DNA of 64,000 nucleotides from Psammoneis japonica (taxonomy: Eukaryota). The stretch spans positions 62,001 to 126,000 of the forward strand of contig QPGO01000131.1 in assembly GCA_008632985.1 (NCBI GenBank). Direction: 5' to 3'. Below the pieces are notes generated by a model. It did no database searches. It was not told where the DNA came from and worked only from the letters and a program-made list of their open reading frames with translations. Below, piece after piece: positions 1 to 10,328 of the stretch (its first letter is position 1; the number at the start of each line of letters is the position of its first letter). The position numbers and the translations under genes are program-made.

Positions 1-54
1 ACACAAAAACCATTGGAGGTCCAACACACACATTTGTGAAAAAAAAATGTTGAA

Positions 55-722
55 CCTTCTGACAGAATTTGAACAAGAATGACTCGCTCTTGCTCTGCCC
101 CTGTCATTCAAGCATTGGTGGTGTCAGGTGGACATGGCGCAAGCAGAACTCTGGCCCACTGCAAGATCTGGTGCAACACCTTGCTGCTGTCTCCATGGCA
201 GACAAGTCTCCATGCAGAGACCATCACAGGTGCCCCTGTGAACAATGAGGACATGTGTTCCAGGGTCAGGAACAGTTTCATTTTGGTCTGGCCAGGTGGA
301 GGTGCCTGGTCTCATGCCTGTGATGACACGCCCAGATGTTCAGACACCCAGACAGCTGAGACACACAGTTGGTGTGACTCGAATCCAAGCCCACTCGCAC
401 CAGAATGCACCACCATTGTCACCAACAGATCACTCCACTCCCCAACACAAAAACCATTGGAGGTCCAACAGGCATGACACCAGGCACCTCCCCCTGGCCA
501 AACCAAAAGTTGTTTCTGACCCTGGAACACATGTCCCCATTGTTCACAGGGGCACCTGCAATGGCCTCTGCATGGAGACTTGTCTGCTGTGTAGACAGCA
601 GTGAGGTGTTGCACCATGTCTGGGCTGGAGCTCTGCTTGCTGTGTCCACCTGAAGTCATTGACACTCAAATGACAGAGACAGAGCAAGAGTGAGTCATTC
701 TTGTTCAAATTTTGTCAGAGGT
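55..722. repeat. Foldback/MITE-like inverted repeat (arms about 55-322 and 467-722, spacer about 145 bp)
   Basis: ctgacagaatttgaacaagaatgactc...ggtgcctggtctcatgcctgt on the left is the diverged reverse complement of acaggcatgacaccaggcacc...gagtcattcttgttcaaattttgtcagag on the right. acacaaaaaccattggaggtccaaca occurs at 1-26 and again at about 445-470. Confidence 0.75.
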
Positions 723-2502
723 CCAGACAAGTGAAAAGGTGTTGGAAGTCCAACACCATTGGAAAAACTGCAGGGTGGACCTCAAGGGTTTTGGCTCAAA
801 ATGCAAAAGGCCTCAAACTCCTCTTTTTTGATGACAAGCAAGCATTGTGATGATGAAATTTGAGCTGTCTGAAGGCATTGCTTTTGACCCTGTTGCTCCT
901 GTTGGAAAGAAGTGTCGCTTTGGCATGGGTTCTGTTGTTCTGTTGCCAAGAAACAATCCGCGTCAATCTGGCAGGAAGAATTTGTTCAATCATGAGTGGG
1001 GGGCACTGCCTGTGTTGACACACATGCCAGACCAAGTTGATGGCAAACACCCCATGTCAATGTTGAACAAAACCCATGTGGCAAAGGAGCGCCAAACAAC
1101 AAACCTTCCCATTCAGCAACTCCTGCAGGAAACTGGAGGAGCAAGGAATTCCATTCAAACCCACTGCAACATGTGCAGAACTCAACACTCTGCTGCATCA
1201 AAACAAACAAGCTGTTTCTTTTTGCTGGACTGCAAACAAATCAAAGAGACTTCAGATGGGTTGGATTGCTGGGGTGTCAAACATCTTTCAATCACCTCCC
1301 ATGCCAGTCAATGCCACCCAAGGTTCCCACACAAAATGGCGCAGAGCAAAATTCAAAATCAACATCATCATCAACAACATGGCCTCAAGCTCCATTGCAT
1401 TGACTGCTGGATGAATGAAATGAACAAGGTGTTGTGTGCCAACACATGCCATGCTAGAAGATCTTGAGTGGCAGTCATGAAAAAATGCAGCTGGGGCCAT
1501 CCCCAGCCAAACCACAAGAGAAGACATGCTCAACAACATCAACCGGAGTGCCAGAAACTGACAAACATCAGCAGCAAGAGCTGTGCACACCAGAGATGTC
1601 AACATCAAAAGTGCAACATGTGGCTTGCATCCAACAAGACACCTCTCCACAGCCTGCAAAGAAGGCTGGTGTAAAAAGGAAGGCAGGGCAATGAAAACAT
1701 CAACAATGGCTTGATTTGAGAGCTGCTGGGCCTCACACCATGTCAAGAAGCACCCTGTCAACTGCAGCGCAGATGAGCCCATCAATGCAATGGCAGCTGC
1801 AATTGATGTGGATGGCAAAGTGAAGAATGCTGAAAGAGTGCGATGTCAACAGCCAACACAGCCGTGTCATCACATCCATCTCAGAGAGTGCAGTCTCCAT
1901 GTGAAGTGCACCACTCAAGCTTGAATGTTTTTGTGCATGACAGATGCAGCCATGGACTTGACAAAACCAGCAACAGACCAGAAACACAGTGAGGTGCAAA
2001 AGACAGCCCTCATTGTGGTTGCTGCCAAAGCCACAGGACACAGAGGAGCGTTTCCACATGGTCCAGATGCAAAATCCAGACACAAGCCAAAGACAAGAAA
2101 GGGTGCCTCAACACAAATCATGTGCACTCCTTCAGAGGAGCCAAGGTCACCATTGCAAGACCAAAAATGGCCAAGCAAGAAAGAAAACACTTGCTTGCTG
2201 CTTGGCAAAATGTCAAGCAAGAGCCGATGGATGGAAACCTGGCGAAGCTGGCAAGGAGCTCCAGCTCCCTGGAAGGGAACCAGCAGCAGTGGGGGCAGGG
2301 CTTTGGCACTTCAAATTTTTCACATCTTGCCTGGTGTCATGCAGAGCTCTGCACATTTTTGCATGATTTTGCACCAATTTTGTGCTGTTTTGCAGTGCAG
2401 TCATTGGGCCGGCCACCTGCCCACTCAACAACTTTTGGCATTTTTGCGCAACAGCTGCACCTCTGACATCATGATGTCCGCAGAGAGACCAGAGCTGCTG
2501 TG

Positions 2503-2534
<32 letters not shown>

Positions 2535-2700
2535 CAGATTTTCCAATGCTTTGAGCATTGAGAGACACAATTTGGTGCTGCAACAAAAGCTGTCTTTTGT
2601 TTGGGTGCTGAAAACAACCCGTGCTTGTCTCCTGCCTGACAACACATGATGTGGGTGCCAAGAACAACACACGCTCTGAGAGCTCAACTCAGACATCGAG
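723..2700. mobile_element. Decayed repeat/TE relic depleted in TA and CG, family not recognisable
   Basis: Very few TA or CG dinucleotides; many overlapping Tyr-free, Cys/His/Gln-rich spurious ORFs. Confidence 0.5.
2502..2536. repeat. (CA)n microsatellite
   Basis: gcacacacacacacacaaacacacacacacacaga. Confidence 0.9.
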
Positions 2701-3413
2701 ACAGTGCCCCCCGCTCACTCTCTGGTGGATCAGCAGCAAAAACTGCATTTCACCAGGATCGTCATTGGGGGGTTGTTCACATTTTATTTGTGGGATGAAC
2801 CCAAACCGTCGCCACACCCACAAACGTGTTCAGGCAAGGGGTCAAGCGGGCGGGTGGTGAGAAAAGCCTCACGCCCAAAATTTATTCGGATATAAGCTCT
2901 CTTAGAAATAACATCCTTTCAACGGATTTCCAACGATAGTTTTATGTACATCACTTTTTTAGAGTACTGATAAAACAAAGTACACAGGACATGACACAAA
3001 ATTCCAAAAGTTGCGTCGGTGTCAAATTCCGCCCACAGGGAAAGGGGAAAAAGCGAGAATACCATAAAATAGGACCGGACCACCGCACTTCTTGTGGTGC
3101 TGTAATTACTCAATCACAATCTACTGTAGGGAGGAACTTCAGAATCCTTTGAGTTAACCACCATGGTGTGTCGGATCTTTGCATTTCTGTGGCACCTACA
3201 ACCACAAGACTTTTTGGTTTCTCCAGGATACACTCACTTTACTTGGAACGAACATCTGGTATGACTTCTGGAATGCAACACAAAAGAGCTGATCCTCCTC
3301 GTAGTCGAAAGCCATGCTAACTTTCCAAGTTGTTTTCCTTCATTGTATAGACATATTCAAAGAGGAATGGCAAGGATCTTCGGGACCGCCTTACCGCTCG
3401 CTTTTCATCTTCC

Positions 3414-4034
3414 ATGGTAGTCGTCGCCCTCTTTATCAACGTGGAATTGGCACTACTATTCTCTCCGTCTGAAGTAGGAACGATAGTGCGGGAAGCCATG
3501 CGAGAAGAAAGAAAGGGGACAGCATCCTCCTTTGGTATTCTGCTAATAATATCCATCTTTTTCGCCATTCTATGCATCATTGCGACATTTGGCGCGTGGA
3601 CTTCGCTGTCGGCTGTGAGTGACGAGAATGTGCATCTTTTTCTCCGTTGGACCATTGGTCGATATGTGGTGCAGCTCCCAAAGACTCTGTTGCTCTTGTC
3701 AATGTACACTTTTCTAGCCTGGCTGTGTATGGTTCTATTTCTTCTTCTTCCGGACAACTTGGCGTGGCCGATCCTTGGTGTTGCTTTGGCAATTCTTCTT
3801 CTCACCATTTCGTTGAACAGCCTCTTTGAACGAATGGTAATGGATTCCGGGGCGATGGGAGAGAAGCGGATTCTTAACGGCAATGATGTTGACACCTTTA
3901 AACCTTCAGAGCTTGATGAAGTCATTCTTGGACGTTCCAGAGAGAATCGAAAGAATCGAGTTTCCGCCCGCAGTTACTATCCTGCCATGTACAAAGAGGA
4001 GATGGGAGATCAAACGTTTTCAATGGAGGACTAA
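3414..4034 (+). CDS. Hypothetical multi-pass membrane protein; 5' end uncertain, frame open back to a possible acceptor at about 3350
   Basis: 206-aa ORF with about four hydrophobic segments and normal genic dinucleotide composition. Confidence 0.65.
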   Translation: MVVVALFINVELALLFSPSEVGTIVREAMREERKGTASSFGILLIISIFFAILCIIATFGAWTSLSAVSDENVHLFLRWTIGRYVVQLPKTLLLLSMYTFLAWLCMVLFLLLPDNLAWPILGVALAILLLTISLNSLFERMVMDSGAMGEKRILNGNDVDTFKPSELDEVILGRSRENRKNRVSARSYYPAMYKEEMGDQTFSMED

Positions 4035-4822
4035 ATACCCAGAAAATGCTCTGTCCTCGTTCACTGTTTACTGGAACCTATCCTGCCATGCATGAAAATG
4101 AAGAAGTGAGACCAAAGATCCTTTATATTCTCTACATCTTTCATTAAGTTGGTAATGCGTCCCAGTTCCCCTCGCTGTACTTTGAACTTGTACCTGCATT
4201 CCTCTTCCAAATTCCTTCGCCACCTGCCCCTTACAATGAGAGTGTCTCTTTCACACAGAGATCCGAGAAGTCTACACACAAGGGAATATCTGCGCTACTA
4301 GGGCATGCGCTCTGAGTCCTGTCTGAAGTGCTTCAACAGTGGAGATTTCCTGGATTCCTCTTGTGCTATGTCACTTCGTAGCAAAGGCAAGCGATTCGCT
4401 CCCCCTACAGTAGCTAACTGTTGTGGAACAAATTTCGTGCTTCTCTTCACAGCACAGCAAGCTATGGAAAGGAACCGCAGCTACTAGAGTGGCTACTTTA
4501 GCTATGGCTACTCTAGCTACTAGAAGTACTAGCTTGCTGTTGCTGGCTGAAGTACGAGGAGATAGCTACTACTAGCTAGCATGAACGCCCACCCGCCGCC
4601 GGGGCCTCATTTTGCGAATTTTGAACGCGCGTTTTCGCGCGCACTCTGAGTCAGTCGCTTGGCCTCACATTTTTTTGAACTTTGAACTCGCACGAACATG
4701 CCGTGTCGTCGTCGACCACGTCTCGTTTTCTCGATCGTTCCCGCTTCCATCCAGTCGCATACCTGTAACAGAAGTTTGGAAAGATAAACTGCCACAAAAA
4801 AGAGAACAGGAATGTGCTAGTC

Positions 4823-7366
4823 ATGCAATCTACAGTCCAAACGACTGCTTTGATATCCAATCTTCGAGCCAAGGTAACAGGCGCAGACGTGAACTATGTA
4901 GGAAGCGTTACAATTGATGCTGTCCTGTGCGATTATGTCGGCATCTTTGACAGACAACTCCTGCACATTAGAAATGAATCTACCGGAGTCGACCTGTGGA
5001 CCTATGTGATATACGGAAGACGCTCCTCATCCGTTCCGCCAGGCACTGTTTGCCTGAACGGAGCTGCTGCTCATCTTGTTTCGGTCGGTGATGTTGTGAA
5101 CCTTACTGCATGGGGGCGCTTCCCCGCATGTGTGTCGTTACCTGAACCAAGAACATGGGACGCGGTTGTGAATGGGTTTGAACCGCCATTAGGCTATACT
5201 CCAGATGAGCTCTGGGCTCACATGGCTTCTGTAGAAATAGCTATCGGAAAAATTCACCGCCCTCGAATCTCACAAGTTTGTGAAATTCCCATCGGAGGGG
5301 GGCATGCGCCATCTATTGCGGTCGACAAAGATTGGGCAGATGAGGCTGGTCTATTGGAAGGCCAAGTTGCGCACCTCGTCAACATTACAACAGGGCAGAG
5401 AGATGTCTTACCCATCAAATATGCAAGCGCTGGATCAAAAGCATGTATACTTTCAATGCCTGCGTCCGGTGTCTACGCAACGGAAAACTACGGTTCGCGA
5501 TCTGGTCATTTTGCAGGCGATATTGTTATTGTCATGTGTTATGCAACGGTAATGCGCTCCGCCTTGAAATCTGGGTCCATACCCAGCATGAAGATATCTT
5601 TCCCATGTGAGCGCGCAGAAGATGCTGAAGATCCTTTGGACACGAGTTGGTATTCGGCTACACGAATTGTATGGGAAGAACCAAAGCTTGCCGCAGGACT
5701 TGTCGATCTTCTGGACCTAAAGAGACCTGGGTTAAGGGTGTTGGACTGTTCTTGTGGAAATGCTTTTCCAGCGACATATTTGATCAAGGCTGGGGTGGAT
5801 CTTCACTTGTCTGATTGCTCAGAGCTTGTTTGCACGAGTGCCAGAGAAAGACTAGCCGAGGAGCTTGGACCAGACCATGGCGTTGATGTACGATGTGTGC
5901 AATGGGATAAATTAGCTTGCGAATACGGCAAGCAGTCTTTCGACGTTATCATTTGGAGGGGAGTCTCCCTGCCCTATGTCGAAGGGGGGTGTTGTAGTGC
6001 AACTTCGATCGGACGAGAGTCAATTGCAGCCACTGGGTACAGGAACCTTCACTCGGCCGCTGCTGGTATATTCAATGTCTTAGCCCCGGGAGGCAAGCTG
6101 TATGTCGATTGTGTCCCTAGCTACGCTGAAAATGGTAAGGCCATAAAGAAAGACGGGCTTTCACCCGAGACTGAAAGTGGAGCACAAGTCACGGTCGAGT
6201 GGGAGACCCGCGTTGACGAGGAGCAACGTTCACGTAAATGGAGTAGCACAACAACAATCGATAAGGACGGACAGTCGACTCGCACAATGAACTCGAACTT
6301 AACTGCATTGCTGGTGAGAGAACAAGAAATCCGCTCTGTACTATCCTACGTTGGATTTGGAGTCGTCGAAAGCACCACGTGTGACGGCGAAGATGTGTAC
6401 CAGCCATTTATTGCACACAAACCAACCGCTGAGATTGGCTATTACGATCGTCAAGTAGAGCGCTATCGTAGCGTGTGGAACGACAATGGCAAAATACTAT
6501 GGGGCTTGTTTGCTGGTGTCGCTCCTTATGTCATGACGCCAGAGATGACTGAAATGTCGTCCGTTTGTGGTAAAGGGGCTCTTGTCGGACCAAACCTAGC
6601 CATGCAAGCTTTCATGGTGAGCAAACTCGATCCAATAACGGTGAAAAGTATATTAGACGTGGGATGCGGAACGGGCAGGTCAACAATAGATCTGTCGAAA
6701 CATTTTTCCACAGCTCAATGTGTGGGCTGCGATCCCAGCGGCGTCAGTATCCGGCAAGGTGTGAGTCGGGCAAAGGACGAGGGAGTTTCTGACAGGACTA
6801 CGTTCTTCCACGGGACTGTGCAGGATTTGATTGCGAGCGGTTGTGTCAAGGGGGCATTTTCGGCGGCATGGTCGGAGGCTGCTCTATGTCATGCCCCGCC
6901 TGGTGAACGTGCCGACGCAATTCGTGCAATAGCAGACCATGTGGAAGACGGCGGTATGTTTGTTCTGAACGATGCTGTCGCAGGACTGGCCCCCGTTTCG
7001 GCTGCGGCGCAACTTCACTTTTATGAGCGTTTGCATTACACTGGGCTTTGGACGGGTCGCATGTACATGGAGTTGCTTGAGTCTTGCGGCCTGCAGATTA
7101 TCGAGTATGTAGATTTGACTCAACACCTTGCGGCAAGCTACGATAAGTTAGCCGAGGAAGCAAAGATGGCGGCGGACGCATCAGGAGAGGACGTCGAGGC
7201 CAGACAAACATTCGCGACTCTCGCCGTGGATTACAAGATATCTGCGGAATGTGCACGGAGGGGTGAGCTCGGCTGGAATCTTTTCGTATGCAAGAAGTTG
7301 GGACGTGCTGGAGTTCAGAGGCAGAATTATAACGAAGCGGACAGCGAGGAAAAGAAACTTGACTGA
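4823..7366 (+). CDS. Fusion protein: PanD-like, PanD-like, glycine/sarcosine N-methyltransferase-like, sarcosine/dimethylglycine N-methyltransferase-like
   Basis: Domain 1: ADVNYVGSVTID, LWTY, NGAAAHLVSVGD. Domain 2: GKIHR, AGLLEG, NITTGQR, GDIVIVMCY. SAM motif I twice (VLDCSCGNA, ILDVGCGTG). SDMT-like C-terminus (FYERLH...DLTQHL...SY...GELGWNLFVCKK). First ATG at 4823; no introns. Confidence 0.85.
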   Translation: MQSTVQTTALISNLRAKVTGADVNYVGSVTIDAVLCDYVGIFDRQLLHIRNESTGVDLWTYVIYGRRSSSVPPGTVCLNGAAAHLVSVGDVVNLTAWGRFPACVSLPEPRTWDAVVNGFEPPLGYTPDELWAHMASVEIAIGKIHRPRISQVCEIPIGGGHAPSIAVDKDWADEAGLLEGQVAHLVNITTGQRDVLPIKYASAGSKACILSMPASGVYATENYGSRSGHFAGDIVIVMCYATVMRSALKSGSIPSMKISFPCERAEDAEDPLDTSWYSATRIVWEEPKLAAGLVDLLDLKRPGLRVLDCSCGNAFPATYLIKAGVDLHLSDCSELVCTSARERLAEELGPDHGVDVRCVQWDKLACEYGKQSFDVIIWRGVSLPYVEGGCCSATSIGRESIAATGYRNLHSAAAGIFNVLAPGGKLYVDCVPSYAENGKAIKKDGLSPETESGAQVTVEWETRVDEEQRSRKWSSTTTIDKDGQSTRTMNSNLTALLVREQEIRSVLSYVGFGVVESTTCDGEDVYQPFIAHKPTAEIGYYDRQVERYRSVWNDNGKILWGLFAGVAPYVMTPEMTEMSSVCGKGALVGPNLAMQAFMVSKLDPITVKSILDVGCGTGRSTIDLSKHFSTAQCVGCDPSGVSIRQGVSRAKDEGVSDRTTFFHGTVQDLIASGCVKGAFSAAWSEAALCHAPPGERADAIRAIADHVEDGGMFVLNDAVAGLAPVSAAAQLHFYERLHYTGLWTGRMYMELLESCGLQIIEYVDLTQHLAASYDKLAEEAKMAADASGEDVEARQTFATLAVDYKISAECARRGELGWNLFVCKKLGRAGVQRQNYNEADSEEKKLD

Positions 7367-7616
7367 CTGAAAGCTGCTGGACGGATACCTGTACCAATCT
7401 TTGTACCGGTTTCATTTTGCACTCTAGGGCAAGAGCGTATACTACCGGAGTTGCACAAGCAAGGTGGCCGATGACGACGCAACAACAAAATAATGCAGCT
7501 ACTCGGTGCGCGAGCGGAAATCTAGCTTAATAAAGTACCGCCCTCTCTAGAGTAAACATTTGAATTAAAGCTACATAATCAATCATAACATCTGTGTTCA
7601 ATGTCAAGAAGGAAAC

Positions 7617-9487
7617 TTAAATGCCGTCGCACAAAGTCTGGAACTCACGCTCCATTTCTTCGACAATGGCGCCGTAGTTCTTGTTGATGTTCTCCTGTGT
7701 CTCCTTCGGGTCAACGTACTTGGTATCAATGACCTTCTGGATGACAGGGGCAAGTGCGGTCTTGATGTGGGCGTACGTGAGCTTGGCATCAGCGGGAGAG
7801 TCGGCAATCGCCTTTTGGCAGAGATCGTAAAAGGTGATGATGACCTTGAGCATACCAACAGTCTTGGGGAGAGGACAAGTATAATCGTGCTCCGTGAAAG
7901 CGTTCTGGGCAAGGAAATCCTCACGAATAAGCTTGGCAACCTCCATTACGACCTTCTGATCCTCAGAAAGAGACTCCTTACCGACGAGCTGCACAATCTC
8001 AGAAAGGTTGTCTTCCATCTGGAGGATGTTACGGCCCTGGTTACGCAAGTACGAGTACTTCTCGTCCAAGGAGTTGAAGTACGGCTCAAGCACCTGCATG
8101 TACTTGGTGTACGAGATGAGCCAATTTAAACTTGGAAAATGTTTACGCTGGGCGAGCTTCTTATCGAGACCCCAGAACACTTGCACAATGGAAAGTGTAG
8201 CAGCGGTAACGGGATCAGAGAAATCACCACCGGGAGGGCTCACAGCACCAACAACCGTAACAGTTCCTTCACGCTCGGGAGAACCAAGACAAGAGACACG
8301 GCCAGCACGTTCATAGAAAGCAGCAAGACGGGCTCCAAGGTAGGCGGGGTAACCGGAATCTGCAGGCATCTCTCCCAAACGTCCAGAAATCTCACGAAGA
8401 GCCTCGGCCCAACGCGAGGTGGAGTCAGCCATCATGGACACGTTCATTCCCTGATCACGGAAGTACTCGGCAAGGGTAATACCAGTGTAAATGGAAGCCT
8501 CACGGGCTGCCACGGGCATGTTGGAAGTATTTGCTACAAGAGTAGTACGCTTCATGATTCCAACCTCCTTTTCTGTCCGGTTGCCTTGTCGACAATCTGC
8601 ATCGTCAATTCCGGGAAGTCACAAAGGACCTCCGCCATTTCATTTCCTCGTTCTCCACAGCCGACGTAGACAATGGCGTCGGAGTTTGAAAACTTGGAAA
8701 GAGACTGACTAATCACCGTCTTTCCACATCCAAAGGCCCCAGGCACAGCACATGTACCTCCAAGCACTGAGGGGAAAAGTCCATCAATAACACGAAGACC
8801 GGTAATAAGAGGGCGGTTTCCGGGAAGCTTCTCATTGATGGGACGAGGGCGGCGCACGGGCCAGAAATGACTGAGTGTAAGGTGATGAGTCTTGTCTTGG
8901 GATTCATTGTAGACTTCCATGACGACATCATCAACAAGGAAAGTCTCCTTTCCATCTGTTCCAGTGGTGTGAATCTTTTTGATTTCTCCATAGACATTGG
9001 GTGGACAGAGAATCTTGTGCGAATCGATAATCTCGTTTTCGTAGACAACACCAATCACGTCACCTCCACTGACAGGCTGCCCCTCCTTGAAGTTTCCGGG
9101 GGTAAAGGTCCAGCGAGTATCGCGGGTAAGGCAGGGAACATCCACACCCTTTGGCACGTAGACATCACCCGAGTCTTGGAAAATGTGCTCCAGAGGACGC
9201 TGAATACCATCGAAAATGGTTCCCATGATACCGGGACCAAGCTCAACGGAAAGTGGCTGCTTCTTACGAAGAACAGGATCACCCACGGTAAGACCAGAGG
9301 TATCCTCGTAGACCTGAATGGAAGCGGTATCACCCTCAAGCTTGATAATCTCTCCGACGAGCTTGGAGTGCCCGACACGGACAAGCTCGTACATCGCACT
9401 TCCACTCATGCCGTCAGCAACGACAAGGGGACCGGATACCTTGAAGATAAATCCATAGTCGCTTTCCTTTTCGGTGTCAAGGTTCAT
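7617..9487 (-). CDS. ATP6V1A: V-type H+-ATPase catalytic subunit A, with a one-base frameshift near 8570
   Basis: [10 protein letters not shown]-loop [48 protein letters not shown]. Adding one A in gga cag aaa agg joins the two ORFs as [11 protein letters not shown]. Confidence 0.97.
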
Positions 9488-10328
9488 GTTGGCTGTTTCT
9501 CTTGGCGGGATTATGACAAGTCTGTGATTTGGCGAGAAAACAAAATGTGAGCAGACAAGTCCACGTGCAAGCGCACGCAAGTAGAAACAGTACCACAATC
9601 CCCGTAGAAAAGTATCCGACGCCTCAGCAACGGTTCGATTTCGGAAGCACAAGGAGCTCGATCAAACCAGCGGTGCAAAGCTCCGCTATCTCTTCCGATT
9701 CAATGGACAGACAGTATCGACACAGAGCGGATTCTGGGAGGCGATGTCGAAAAGCGGCAAGCCGATAGATCAATCTGCAAACAAAAAATACCGTTTGTCG
9801 GTATGTTCGGATCGCCAACCATGACAGCACATGGAGGGGAAAACCAGAGCAAATATTGACACAGACGCCCTCTCATAGCATCATGAAAGCTATCCTCATT
9901 TTCCAAACGCTCAGTTATACTGAACATGCCGCACGGGACAGCGGCTGTTCGCCATGGACCACTCACCGTCGGTATCTCCGGAAGATTGAAGATTGTGCCG
10001 CCTGCATCACACCTGCACGCCGCGTGATGCAAAATAGCAAGAGCCGTTCGCTCAAATAAATGACGCTTATCGTCGTACTGCTGCTACGAAAGTTCTACGT
10101 ACGGAATCTGACCGATTTTAGAGTTCGTTTGACAGGAAGAGCCGAACAGATTTTATTAGAACCATGCATAATTTTAAAATGAATTTGATATGAATTATAA
10201 AATAAATGAAGAATATATATGATGTGGTCATTATTGACATTTTCCAGACATTTGAGCCTGCTCTGGACATTTTCATGTTGTGTGCTTCACGCTTCACGTT
10301 TCACGTCTCGGGGTGTTGGGTGTTAACC

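Noticed and set aside
79..2696. Dense overlapping six-frame ORFs as real genes (also 31000-34900, 44000-46000, 58800-63300)
   Set aside because: Loss of TA removes TAA/TAG stops and Tyr codons on both strands, inflating ORF length; the products are Tyr-free and motif-less.
79..2696. Alternative genetic code or stop-codon reassignment
   Set aside because: Genuine genes in the window end in TAA, TAG and TGA and use Tyr normally.
4823..7366. Calling the fusion a known DMSP enzyme (DsyGD/DSYB)
   Set aside because: Domain order and decarboxylase type differ from what I know of those enzymes; substrate cannot be assigned from sequence.
8555..8580. Programmed frameshift or pseudogenisation of V-ATPase A (also breaks near 11045, 11770, 43187)
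   Set aside because: Each break is one missing base in or next to a short homopolymer in an otherwise intact gene, typical of long-read consensus error. Needs a read check.
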